64,000 nucleotides of DNA from Eledone cirrhosa. Lineage: Eukaryota. Made by a program: the position numbers and the translations under genes. The notes beneath the pieces were generated by a model that saw only the letters and a program-made list of their open reading frames with translations, did not search any database and had not been told where the DNA came from. Shown piece after piece: positions 22,472 through 37,637 of this stretch. Position 1 is the stretch's first letter. Each line of letters starts with the position of its first letter. The stretch lies in NCBI GenBank assembly GCA_964016885.1, contig OZ024740.1:146754001-146818000 (forward strand). The letters are read 5' to 3'.

Positions 22472-22779
22472 ACAGTATTCCCTCCCCCCTTAATCTCTCA
22501 ATTTGTATGATGAATTATTATTATTGTTGGTATTATTATTCATCTGTTGCCTCAGCTGCCTCTCATTTTTCACCCCCTCACTATTTCTCTCTCCCATATC
22601 TCTCTCTATCTCACTCTGTTTTTCTTTACATACATTTATTCCTTCTCTCCGTCTTTCTTTTTAACTGTGCTTAACACTAAATATTTACAAACATCTCACT
22701 GCCAAACCAACTTTTTTAAATGGAAGTTGAACAATATTTATGGTACGTCAAATTTATTTATAAAACTGCTTATATATTG

Positions 22780-22845
22780 TATTTTATCTGAAGAAGGCAT
22801 GCCATATTTCTAATATGGTATCCCTGAAATATGTATAATAAAATA
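22780..22845 (+). ncRNA. Minimal type I hammerhead ribozyme
   Basis: tattttat CTGAAGA aggcatgccatat ttcta atatggtatccct GAAA tatgta TA^ ataaaata, with a perfect 8-bp stem I. Confidence 0.8.
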
Positions 22846-22922
22846 AATATGGTTTTATAAATATAGTTTCCATTTGTTTAATATCGTATATATATATATA
22901 TATATTTATATATATGTATATA

Positions 22923-23043
<121 letters not shown>

Positions 23044-23084
23044 GTATATATATATGTATATATATATATATGTATATATATATG

Positions 23085-23115
<31 letters not shown>

Positions 23116-23208
23116 GTATATATATATATATATGTATATATATATGTATATATGTATATATATATATGTATATATATATGTATATATGTATATATGTATA
23201 TATATATG

Positions 23209-23245
<37 letters not shown>

Positions 23246-23525
23246 ATATGTATTTATATATGTATACATATATGTGTATATGTATATATATATGTATATA
23301 TATATATATTTATATATATATATATGTATATATATATTAGGTATAGGATTATCCAAGATGTAGTAATGGTTAATTACTACACTGGATATGGTTGACGTAC
23401 GGTAAGAGGTTACTCTACGAGTTATGGAAGAATTGTTCAAGAAACTTAGTTCCTGATCCTTCAGTATTCCGGAGTGTATATAAAGAATGAATAATAACAG
23501 GTAGACATCATAAAAAGGTAATTTA

Positions 23526-23648
23526 TTCCGTGTGCTTACAAGTGTTTCCACGGTGGTACTGCAGCCTAGTTCCGCTACGTGCAAATTCACAAGTACTTGC
23601 AGAACTCGAATATCCAATGCTGTGACCACTGTTTCCTCAGAGCAGAAT
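23526..23648 (-). ncRNA. Hammerhead ribozyme with a long (about 80-nt) stem II domain
   Basis: Minus strand: attctgct CTGAGGA aacagtggt...accaccgtg GAAAC actt GTA^ agca..ggaat. Confidence 0.6.
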
Positions 23649-23669
23649 GGTAAATGTACAATGTAAATA

Positions 23670-23722
<53 letters not shown>

Positions 23723-23857
23723 GTATATATATATGTATATATATATGTATATATATATATATGTATATATATGTATATATATATATATATATATATGCAT
23801 ATATATATGTATATATATATATATATCTATATGTATATATATATGTATATATATATG

Positions 23858-23906
<49 letters not shown>

Positions 23907-23943
23907 GTATATATATATATGTATATATGTATATATATATATG

Positions 23944-23991
<48 letters not shown>

Positions 23992-24005
23992 CATATATAT
24001 ATATG

Positions 24006-24048
<43 letters not shown>

Positions 24049-24051
24049 GTA

Positions 24052-24119
<68 letters not shown>

Positions 24120-24126
24120 TATATGT

Positions 24127-26336
24127 ATCAACTTACTCTCCAAAGGTTTTAAATTCACACCGACCCCACTACGTCCTAACTACTATGAAATGAAGGAAGA
24201 CATCACAGACTTCTGTAGAAAGTTACGACTTAGTGAACAACTATTCGACCAGTACAATGAGGATGAATCATTAGCCAGAAATAGAAGCAATTACACCCCT
24301 TCAAAAGGTAGTAATAAAATCCTGGACGAATTCTGTGAACACATCACAAACTTCCCTTACCAACACTTGCACAGACAAAAACACAAGCCAAACCTCGACA
24401 AGAAAGAATGGGAAGAATTAAATAGATTAAAAACCGACAGAACCATTACAATTAAAGAGGCTGATAAAGGGAGTACAGTAGTCCTAATGGAGACAGAATT
24501 CTATATCAACTTAGCGCTCTCCACTTTGGAAAACGAAACATACTACGAAAAGGCTGAAAACTACAATCAACAGAAAATTATGAGAAACCTAAAAACTCTA
24601 ATCAACCAATACAAAGAAGGACTCACTAACACGGAATTCAGCTTCATCACAGACTTCACAAGTAAATCCAGCCTTTTCTACGGTATCCCTAAAGTACATA
24701 AAAGCGAATCAATAAGTAAGGCATGCAAGGAAGCCACAGACATAGTCATCAATGTCCCCTCACCCAATGATCTCAAATTAAGACCTATAATAGCAGGCCC
24801 GCTTGCGAAACGCACCATCTTAGCAACTTCATTGATACCCTTCTCAAACCCTTCCTCAAGCACATCAAAAGCTATATAAGGGACGACCTAGATATGCTCA
24901 ATCACCTCCCTAATATGCCACTTTCTGAACAAACCCTACTAGTGACGTTCGATGTAGTCAACCTATACTCCAACATCCCCCACAACCTAGGAATAGAAGC
25001 TATCCAATTCTGGCTGGATAATTTCCACAATGAACTCCCACAACGCATCAAAAAAGAATTCGTGATAGAGGGACTCAAATTTATCTTGGAGAACAATTAC
25101 TTCGTTTTCAATAACAAACCCTACAGGCAGAAATCTGGGACCGCTATGGGAACGAAAACAGCCCCTACTTATGCCAACCTAGTCATGGGATACCTGGAAA
25201 TCACCCTCTACACTAAAGTCCTAAACAAATTTGGAAACACCCTCCACTTACACATTGAAAGGAACTGGAAGCGATATCTAGATGACTGCTTCATCCTTTG
25301 GCACGAAAACATCGAACAACTTAAAGAATTTCACACCCTTATAAATGGGCTCAACACAAATATTAACTTCACGATGGAATGCAGCCATCAACAACTCCCC
25401 TTCCTCGACATCCTCATTAAGATCCATAACAAAAAAATAGAAACAGACATATACTACAAGCCCACAGACTCCAAGCAATATCTCCCCTTCAACTCTTGCC
25501 ACCCTAGACACGTTAAAATTTATATTCCCTACAACTTAGCCAAGAGAATCTGTACTATAGTCTCCAATAAAAACACCTGCTACTTACGGCTACAAGAACT
25601 AAAGGACACACTCATAGGTAGGGACTACCCTGCATCACTAATTGACAATGGAATCCAACGTGCCATAAAACTCAGTACCCAGGACCTTAGACACCCTAAA
25701 GTAAATCAACCAAAACTAAAAGCTCTTCCATACATCTCCACACACAACCCCCTCAACAATGAGGCCTTTGACACCATCCTCCAGAACATCCCTGTATTGA
25801 AAAAGGACCATAGAATGAACCAAATTCTACGAACACACGATATCATAAAGAGCAAAAGACAATCCAAGTCAATGAAAAACATCTTAACACATGCCAAAGT
25901 ACTGCCAACCACAACAACGAAACCCACAGTAAAAAAATGCGATAGACCCAACTGTGGCATTTGCATCAACCTAATAGAGGGTTCGGAATTCTATTTCAAA
26001 GATGGACAACGTTTTATAGTAAAACACAATTTCACATGTGCATCGGAAAATCTAATATATGTATTAACTTGTTCAGGTTGTCGAGAACAATACATAGGCC
26101 AGACCAAAAACAGCCTCCGCCAACGCATGACTGTCCATAGATCCCAAATTAAAATACGGGAATACAGGAAAATACCACTGAGTGAACACATTGATACCTG
26201 TGCCGCCCAAAATCATCCCAACTTCAGAATCTTTCCCCTCTACAAATTTAAAGATAATGCCACCCACACCCAGCGCATCAGCAAGGAATCTTACTTCATT
26301 AACAAATACGGACCCCGTCTAAACACTTCTCCCTAA
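24127..26336 (+). pseudogene. PLE RT plus GIY-YIG with a single frameshift near 24800
   Basis: [33 protein letters not shown] / TFDVVNLYSNI, GTAMG, RYLDD, CDRPNCGIC, NLIYVLTC..YIGQT. Adding 1 nt at ggcccg restores [14 protein letters not shown]...RDDLDML. Confidence 0.9.
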
Positions 26337-26729
26337 GACGAACCCACAACATACACACGTCAACATACATACCTACATCAGCACACATCTCTACCCACAT
26401 ATAGACACAATGACACACGTAAACACACATGCTCTATGGTGCAATACAAAGAAATATATGTGCATATATATGTATGTATATATGTATGTATATATATATA
26501 TATGTAGTGAATATATGTATGTGTATATATATATAGTGAATATCATTTCACACCTTTTATTGTTAAGATTTTTGATGTTCTATTAAGAGAACCGATTTTA
26601 CTGAAAAAATCGAATAATGTACACCATTTTACCAGGGGGAAACATTACTGGTCCACCCACACACACACACACACACATATATATATACACAAACACATAC
26701 ACACGCGTACATCAACATACAAAGAGACT

Positions 26730-26802
<73 letters not shown>

Positions 26803-26871
26803 ATCTTAATAGCCATTTGACACACATCTCTGCTGGCCATTGTCGCAGCATCGAACACCTTACTACTACTA

Positions 26872-26915
<44 letters not shown>

Positions 26916-27410
26916 ACACACACACACACACATATTTGTTGTGAAAGAGTCATTTCTCAATCTTGGCGCAAAACCAATTTTTTATTCACATGACCTCTAC
27001 CGACCAATCAAAATTGTTTTGACCAAGAATTTTTGCTGGAGCCACTTTTTTAACATAAAAACAGTCTTGGCGCAAAATCAACTTTTTACATTCACATGAC
27101 CTCTACCGACCAATCAAAATTGTTTTGACCACAAGAATTTTTGCAACACAAAAATAACGCTGGAGCCACTTTTTTAACATAAAAACAGGTAGAATTCCCC
27201 AAACTAATCAGATCAGAGCAAACAGCACGGACACTCTATCTCAAAATTATTATTGAAAAGCATTTAGAAATGCGCAACCGGTAAAAACTTAAAAACTTAA
27301 AACCACAACTGAATACTAACCCATACAATCACTAATACTCTTTTATTCCTAATTAAACCATTTTTCAACTGTGAACAATTTGTCAGCATTTTCTATTCCG
27401 TTTACCAATA
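24127..27410 (+). mobile_element. Penelope-like element (Neptune-type linker zinc finger) with a 3' region holding CA repeats and a local tandem duplication
   Basis: RT-GIY-YIG ORF, followed by a 3' region whose end is shared with 6644-6840. Confidence 0.85.
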
Positions 27411-27449
27411 TATATATATGTATATATATATATGTATATGTATATATAT

Positions 27450-27702
27450 ATATTTCGTTTCTGAATTTGTTTAGCAAGATTCTTTATCTGAAATCGTGTG
27501 TTGACTATATATAAACAACTATATATAAACAACTATGACTATATATAAACAACTATCTGGTTGTGGAACCAACCAACCAACCAGAAATTTATAAGTTTGT
27601 AGATTTGTAAATTTATAAATTTATAAATATATAATAAATTGAAGTGAAAGCAACTGGTGGGTGTGTTTCTTATTGGCAACATGACCCTCCAAAAGTATAA
27701 CA

Positions 27703-27703
<1 letters not shown>
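27450..27703 (+). mobile_element. Chimeric PLE pLTR fragments
   Basis: 27465-27501 resembles 13626-13665, and 27502-27703 matches 32994-33155. Confidence 0.65.
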
Positions 27704-28601
<898 letters not shown>

Positions 28602-28603
<2 letters not shown>

Positions 28604-30546
28604 ACTCTTTTACTCTTTTACCTGTTTCAGCCATCCGGCTGAGGCCATGCTGGGGCACCGCCCTTGTTGCTACACATTTTATCTCCAGCCTGTATAGGTT
28701 GGCCACTGGTGTAGGAGGGAGTTTCTTGCTGCTGCCCTTAGGTTTCCCTCGTGTCTTGCTGTGGGCTCATCCGGGATCCTGGATAACAAGGTGTCGAGAT
28801 GTTTCTTAAAGACATCCACCTCCACGTCATGCAAGTCTCTCAGATGCCTCGGCAGCCTGTTGAAGAGTTGAGGGCCCTTGAATCCCAGGCTATTGCAATA
28901 CCTGCTCCTTATTCTAGATGTGGAAGACGGGACCTTTGGCACCACACAGTGACGTCCTGTTCGACGGTTGGTCCAGCTCCCAATGCCAAAGTTTGGTGCT
29001 AGTCCCTCCAGGATTTTCCACATGTAGATCACTGCGTATCTCTTCCGTCTTCGCTCCAATGAGTAGAGGTTCAGTTCCTTTAGCCTCTCCCAGTAGCTTG
29101 TCTCCCTCATCTTGGCAATCCTCTTGGTGTAGCTTCGCTGGATTGCCTCAAGCTCCGTGGTTAGTTTGACACTATGGGGTGACCACAGCTGGGAGCAGTA
29201 GTCCAGGCGGCTTAGGACAAAAGTCCTCCACAGTGTTAACATGGTGTCTCGATCCCTTGTAAGGAAAGTCCTCAAGATCCAGCCAGCGAATCGTCTACAT
29301 GTTGTCGCCACCTTCATGATGTGTGAAGAAAAAGATGCATCATCGCTCATGTCTATGCCCAGGTCTCGTATCGATTTTGACACGGGGATATCGGTCCCTC
29401 CTGGTCCTGTGTAGCTGTGTTCCACTATATTTGTGTTTGCAGGTTTGTATTGTAGGGCTTGGAATTTGCCAGCATTAAACTGCATGTTATTTTCTTCCGA
29501 CCATCTGTATATGGCATCCAGATCCTGCTGTAAAAGGGCAGCGTCAGCCGGGTTTTTGATTGCCTGTGCTACCTTAGTGTCATCAGCATAGCTAGTGAGG
29601 GATGTTGTTGCATGCACCACAGAGGGCATGTCCGAGAGTGCCACCAAAAACAGTAGTGGTTCCAGGACTGTCCCCTGGGGCACCCCACTTGTTATCGGTG
29701 TTTCCCTCGAGAGGGCCCCATTTGCTGCGACTGCCTGGCTTCTGTCCCTTAGGAAGCCATGCAGCCACTCACCTACTTTTCCAGTTATGCCGAGTCCGTG
29801 TAGTTTGTGACATATCATTCCGTGGTCGACCTTGTCAAAGGCCTTCGCAAAGTCAAGATATATCACGTCCACATGTGAGCTGTCTAGTAGTTGTCTCAGT
29901 ACCCAATCGTAGTGATGTAGCAGCTGTGTAAGGCAGCTTCTTCCTGGGCGGAAGCCATGTTGCGTGCTAGTCAGGCGGTCATTTTCTTCGAGGAAAGTGA
30001 TTAGTTTCTTTCTGACAACTCGCTCCATGACCTTACTGATATGCGACGTCAGGGAGACTGGCCTATAGTTCTTGGCCTCCGCTCTACTACCTCCTTTATG
30101 GATTGGGCATATTGTGCCTTCTTTCAGCTCCCTGGGTAGTACACCGCTAGCCAAGGAGCTTCTGAAGAGCATCTTCAGTGGAGTTGCTAAGGCCCGCTTA
30201 CATATTTTTAGGAGAACTGCTGGGAATCCATCAGGTCCAGCAGCCGAGTCTGTTCTAATTTCATCAATGGCGTACACCACATCCTCCTCCGTTATGTCTA
30301 TGTGGTTGATGGTTGCCATTTCTTCATGTAGTGTTGTGGCATCAAAGAACTCCTCTGGCTTCGTTATTTGCATGTGCCTCAGTGGACATGTGAAGACACT
30401 TTTGTACTGTTCGTTCAGTATTTCACATATCTCTTGGGGATTTTCGGTTAATGAACCGTCCGTGTGGAAGAGTGGTCCAATCTTGCAGTGTACTGAGGCA
30501 GTTTCTTTTGCAAATTTAAAGAAGGCCTTAGGGTTTGTTTTAATGT
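28602..30546 (-). mobile_element. 5'-truncated second copy of the CR1/L2-group LINE (RT region still open)
   Basis: Highly similar to 7718-9677 with the same 3' tail. The ORF runs from IKTNPKAFF to WPTYTGWR. Confidence 0.92.
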
Positions 30547-31526
<980 letters not shown>

Positions 31527-31779
31527 ATACTTTGGGAGGGTCATGTTGCCAATAAGAAACACACGCACCAGTTGCTTTCACTTCAATTTATTATATATTT
31601 ATAAATTTATAAATTTACAAATTTACAAACTTATAAATTTCTGGTTGGTTGGTTGGTTCCACAACCAGATAGTTGTGTCTAGTACAGGTAATCGATGGTT
31701 GGTGTGTCTACTTGGGTAGTCTATAGTAACTCTAATGCTTAGGTGGATGGAGTTTGCTATTTGCTGGATGCTTTCCATT

Positions 31780-32753
31780 GATTACCTGTACTAGACACAG
31801 AGCTCTGGTTAGATACCATTAACAACAAAAAACAAATCCTCCATTCCCATTATGCCAAACCCATGACTTCCAAACATCTGATCCACCGAAACTCGGCCAT
31901 TTCGGACCATACCAAAATCAACATACTGATTGCGGATTTGGTACGGGTGATGAGAAATGTGTCCCGCATGTGCAACCCCGAAGAACTAGAGAGACACATA
32001 CAACACTTCATCCACCGTATGCAGTTCTCTGGCTACAATCAGAGAGATAGAATCAGAGTGTATAGAGGAGCCAGAACCAAATGGGAAAAAATGGTAAATA
32101 ATGACATAAATGGGACCTGCCCCTTGTATAGGAGCAAATTTTGGAATAGAATAGAAAGAACTAGGAACAAGGCTAATAGAATAAACTCATGGTATGATAG
32201 CAATAAATACCAGAGTGTAATGTTCATCAATACAACCCCTAGAGGTGAATTAGCTTACAAATTTAGAAGGGCCCTAAATAAACATAAACTCAATATTAAG
32301 ATAGTAGAAAGACCAGGTACCTCCGTAAAAACACTTATTAGCAAGACATACCTTTTTCAAAGACCCTCATGTATAGACAAGAAATGTATAACCTGTAAAA
32401 TAAGCCCCCATATTAACTGTAAAACTAGAAATGTAGTGTATAGCATAAGATGTACTGAAGGACAATGTAGAGACAAAAATATAGTGTACATAGGTGAGAC
32501 AGCTCGTAGTGTAGGGGAACGGATAAATGAACACTGGCGAGACCTTCAAGATAGTAAAGAATCATCTGTACTCTACCAACATGCTAAAATAGAACACAAG
32601 GGTAAATTAGAGAACATAGAAATAAAAATAGAATCTACACACAGAAAAGACGCAATGTTTAGACAAATTACAGAGGCAATAAACATAAAAGAATTACAAC
32701 CAAAATTAAATAGAAAATATGAGTGGAACAGCAACATCACAACTTTCAATTAA
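31780..32753 (+). CDS. PLE RT C-terminus plus GIY-YIG (partial ORF)
   Basis: LPVLDTELW..., CIDKKCITC, NVVYSIRC...YIGETARS, PKLNRK. Homologous to 14316..15989. Confidence 0.85.
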
Positions 32754-32953
32754 GGACAAAATGAAAACACACACACACATAGAACAAACAACCAACCAGT
32801 AACATGTAAATAAACAAATAAATAAATGAACATAAACACACACAGACACCCGGATGTGGCGCATGCGCAGACTGAGCACACAACACACACACAGAAACAA
32901 AATGGCGTAGGACAGAACAAAGGAGAGGCACAGAAACAAAGAAAGGAATCCCC

Positions 32954-32998
32954 AGTCACTGAAGAGGTCACAGAGTGTATGACGAAAGAACTATGACT
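32954..32998 (+). ncRNA. Ultra-minimal type I hammerhead
   Basis: agtca CTGAAGA g gtca cagagtgta tgac GAAA gaac TA^ tgact. Confidence 0.65.
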
Positions 32999-33156
32999 AT
33001 ATATAAACAACTATCTGGTTGTGGAACCAACCAACCAACCAGAAATTTATAAATATATAAATTTATTATAAATTTATTATAATAATAAATTGAAGTGAAA
33101 GCAACTGGTGCGTGTGTTTCTTATTGGTAACATGACCCTCCCAAAGTATAACAATA

Positions 33157-33200
<44 letters not shown>

Positions 33201-33238
33201 AATATATATATATATATATGTAAATATATATGTATATA

Positions 33239-33269
<31 letters not shown>

Positions 33270-33278
33270 GTAAAAATA

Positions 33279-33365
<87 letters not shown>

Positions 33366-33399
33366 CTATATGGTTTTCGTTTCTGTATCTTTTATATCT

Positions 33400-34212
33400 C
33401 CATAGTTAATTTGTTTGCCAATCAACGTTTATCATTGATTGACAAACGGTTAAAAATACAGATATAAATACATATAGGCTATCAAAGTTCTTTCGTTGCA
33501 CATCTGCAACATCATCAGTGGTACTATTATGTTTCCTCCTGTTGTATTGTATGTCTACCCCATTTTTATCTTATTTATTTATTTCTTCTTGTCACCGTCT
33601 CTGCGCATGCGTTTGCGTGTGTGTATAATGTTTGGTGTGTGTGTTCGCGTTTGAGCGTATGTGTTTTGGTTTTTGTATTCTATCTTTGTTTACTAGTGTG
33701 TGTTTATATGTTTGTTGTTATTGTACCTGTGTATATATTCATTTATTTATTTATTTATATTTCCCTTAAGTCAGTATTATTTGTTTGGGTATGGTTGTTG
33801 TTATTTCATTCATTTTTTCTGTTTAGCTTTGGTCACCTTCGCTTTATCTCAGTTGTTTCTCTCAGTTGTTTCTCTCAGTTGCCAACCTGTTGAGTCATTT
33901 CTATATTTAGATATTATTTTAATTTCTATGTTGTCTATGTTACCGTCTTGTCTTTGTCTGGCGTGTTCGTATAGTACTGAACGGTTTTTTTGTCCCTTTA
34001 ATTTCCCCCAGCGTTGGTCTATTCTTTCTCCTATGCTTCGAGCTGTCTCACCTATGTATGTCGTCATGTTTCTGCAAGTACCTTCAGTACATCTTATGTT
34101 ATAGACTACATTTCTAGTTTTACAGTTTATCTGGGGGTTCATTTTACATATAACACATTTCTTATTAGTACAGTGGGTTTTCTTAAGGGGTATGTTTTGC
34201 TGATCAGGGATT
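33400..34212 (-). mobile_element. PLE 3' fragment (GIY-YIG end plus pLTR)
   Basis: CTNKKCVICK..NVVYNIRC..YIGETARS on the minus strand. Similar to 15550-16300. Confidence 0.85.
33480..33523 (-). ncRNA. Ultra-minimal hammerhead
   Basis: Minus strand: tacca CTGATGA t gttgca gatg tgcaac GAAA gaac TT tgata. Confidence 0.55.
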
Positions 34213-34387
34213 TTATACACACACACACATATATATAGTAATTTACTAATCACCGACACTACATATATTAATATATATATATATGTATATATGGTATAAT
34301 ATGTGTTAAGAAATTGACGCTAGTATAAGCAGGCTAGAGCACTTGAAGTATACAAGTAGGTCTGCGTACTGTTGAGTATAATTATAA

Positions 34388-34571
34388 TAATTGTTTCTAC
34401 TTTTGGCACAAGGCCAGGAATTACCAGTACATTACTGGTACTTTATTTTATCGACCTCATAAGGATGAAAGGCAAAGTTAACTTCGACGGAATTTGAACT
34501 CAGACCGTAAAGGTACATAACTATGCTAGAAAGCATGACGTCCGACCCTCTACCGATACTGCCAATTCGCC
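34388..34571 (-). mobile_element. tRNA-derived SINE (octopus-type)
   Basis: B-box gagttcaaattcc, core ctttcatcc..ggtcgataaaataaagtaccag, and tail ggccttgtgccaaaagtagaaacaatt. Confidence 0.8.
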
Positions 34572-35070
34572 GGGGCGCTTGCCGTCTCCGTGGCCAAGGC
34601 CTGCTGGCTCTTGTTGTAATGTGAAGCCAGGTGCATCTAATACTAGGGTCACTGAAGCCGAATACCACTATCCCCTCCTATTTAATTGAGGTATCCTCGA
34701 TACAGCCTGGACTGTTATTGTTATTAGACAAATCCATCTGCCACAGCAACCGACTTATAAGATTGACCCCCTACTGCTAATGAATTTGTAAATAGCCTAG
34801 TTCCTGTAAAATTGGACGGCCAATCTCAGACCATGGCGCTACTAGGGAATTCACACTGACTGGATGATATGGTGGTTGTACTATTTCTGATCAATAGCTA
34901 GGGGCCTTGTATGCACTTTGCGTTGATGCTATACGACTGTTTCTTCTTAATCTTATGTCACCGGTGTTTTGAAAAAGCAAAGCCAATAATCAGCTTGGGG
35001 CGTAACAATGAATTGAAACAGCATGAGTCATTTTTACTTTTTATTTTTAACATGTTATTTCTGTTCAACT

Positions 35071-35128
35071 AATAGCTGTCTGATGATGCCATAATTGTTG
35101 TATTATCGAACTATATATAACAGCAATT
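35071..35128 (+). ncRNA. Degenerate hammerhead (GAAA changed to GAAC)
   Basis: gctgt CTGATGA ... GAAc tatata TA acagc. Same stem III design as the 22780 and 49206 motifs. Confidence 0.4.
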
Positions 35129-35163
35129 GTATAATGAATAAATGAGGTAAATTCTAATTTGTT

Positions 35164-35196
<33 letters not shown>

Positions 35197-35211
35197 CGTG
35201 TGGTGTGTGTA

Positions 35212-35325
<114 letters not shown>

Positions 35326-37296
35326 CGCGCGTATAAGATATGCGCAGTCACCCATTTATAAAATAAAGTTAAAAATTACTCAAGAAAATGTTGAGAATAA
35401 AATTAAGATTTCTTCACGTGTAATGATTTAGTTTGCTTCTACATTAACGAACTGGACAAGTCTTGATACATGATCATTACACTCGTCTGTTTTTGACAAG
35501 TGGAGGTAGGGCCGCTATCGCTATTTCATATCGTTCCAATTCATCAGAGTATTGCTTTATTTTTACAGCTATCTTTTTACTTCAACGGCTGCCATTTGCC
35601 ATCTTGCTTAACAATGCAACTTCTGATGGTATGTTCTACAATTTATAATTTATTCTCTATAGAAATTTAACGTTAGCGAAGTACCTTTAGAATTTTATAC
35701 ACAAATACAGAAACCGCATGTAGGTAATTGAAGAAGCAAAATTATTAAGTGGTCTTTTAAGATAAGTAAACAACTATCAAAGACCTTCAGAAGATCCTGC
35801 AATCACAGGTGTTTATTTACTTATCTGCCACCAATATGAGTAACGAAGTCAGCCAGAGGTTGCGTTAATTTCAAACAGAACCTTTATGATGACAACAGCC
35901 GCTTGTAATACTCAAACTGTTACAAATATAAGCTTTTGTTGGATTTTTTAATATTTTGTTTGAGAAGGAGGTACAACTAGTAGCGTAGCTAAAGTGTGCG
36001 CTGATCGGACAACGCTTGAGTTTGCCGAAAAGCGTCTCTGCCAATACAACATATTGCACTGTGACTCCCTCTTATAGTTCTTCCCTCATAAAAGTGTCAC
36101 CTGGGGTTGCTTCATCTTTAGCTACTCTTCAACAACCATAAAATTTGAAGTGCCTTTCAAACTAGTAAAGGTGATGTGGTTAATTTTCAACTTGAGCTTC
36201 TGTAGGTTAATGTCTGCATGGAAAACATTAACCGTGGGAGAATTCCAGTGGGTTAGTGGCTGAGTACATTGGGGAGTGAATTAGAGAGATAGATTTTGTT
36301 GTTTTAAATAAGATTGTCATGTATTCGAGGAAGGATATTTGGAAATGCCTTTCTGCATGAACTATATGAAAATATGAGAAATATGTTGCAAGTGAATGAC
36401 GCTTGTGTATGGAATACTAAGGAAGAGTAGAGGTTACTAGCAACTAGGTAATTATTGTGCATATTGCAGAGTGTGGCAGTTATAACTGATATTTAATGTA
36501 TACTACAGTTGATTGGTTGTAGATTGAAGAAAGCTCCGTCAATCTATATTAAGATAGAGAGGTCTGATAAGAAACTCTTAGAGCAAGAGACGACAGATGG
36601 AATCTATAGACAGGATACTTAGCTAGATATGGATGAAATCTTTGATATTCTCAAGGGAAAGGACATTGCTTTCCAAAGAGTGAGAACAATAGGTATATAA
36701 TTTAGGAGTACAAATCGTTGCTAGATTTATCATAGCTTTATGGAAACCGTACTAGTGATCACTGAGAATAGAGCTTTATGAATACATTTATTATAAGTAA
36801 TTGAAAAAAACACTATCTTGTTGAGTTGGATAGATCAGATAAGTTAATGTTTAACTCTAGGTTTGCTCTGATTGAGAAGACCTATGATAAACGAGGTTCT
36901 AGCCGTCACAATCCCATCTTTTTTTCAGATATAGTGCATCTGTAGCTTGAGGCAGATTTATAGCTGGGTAAGTGACCGTTCAGAGGGTCCGTTGTTGACT
37001 CTTCTAGAAATGTTTTCGTTGCTGGCAACTGTTGAATAGGATTAAAGGTAGGTACGCACCCAAACATACGTAACATCCACGTATAAGCATTTTATCTTCT
37101 GCAAAATAACTTCATGAGGATAAGCCGGTTCAAGCAATCCAAAAGCACTTCACGTCAGTAGTTTTACCCAGCTAAAAGTTGGTGATTTGGAGTGATGGAG
37201 TATTCATTTACCGATTAAAAGTAATTAAGACGGGGTTACTTCCCCAAGCAATTATGGTGAAGTAACCCCGTCTTAACTACTTTTAATTGATATATA

Positions 37297-37344
<48 letters not shown>

Positions 37345-37514
37345 TGTATATATATACTGTATATATATAAGTCAGAATGAATGCAGAAAAGACAGTTAAA
37401 CTATTACTCACCAGAGTACTCGATACTTAGGGTAGTAGAGTGGGTAATATGAAGGTAGTTTGAAATGGCAGGAGCTCAGCCGTCAGGGTCCCGAGTTCTT
37501 CACACACACACGCG

Positions 37515-37637
<123 letters not shown>

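Larger units (their letters stand above)
20066..22890 (+). mobile_element. 5'-truncated PLE (probably Hydra clade) with an inverted pLTR and a long AT-rich 3' region
   Basis: About 20155-20475 is inverted relative to about 22550-22890. Contains a GIY-YIG ORF. Confidence 0.8.
31521..33155 (+). mobile_element. 5'-truncated and 5'-inverted PLE, same group as the 13675 element
   Basis: Inverted pLTR at 31521-31675, an inverted ORF piece at 31675-31780, and an ORF ending at 32753. Confidence 0.88.

Noticed and set aside
35400-36800. Possible downstream homeobox exon or transposase/RT coding sequence
   Set aside because: There is no sustained frame or recognisable motif. At most it is a very decayed repeat.
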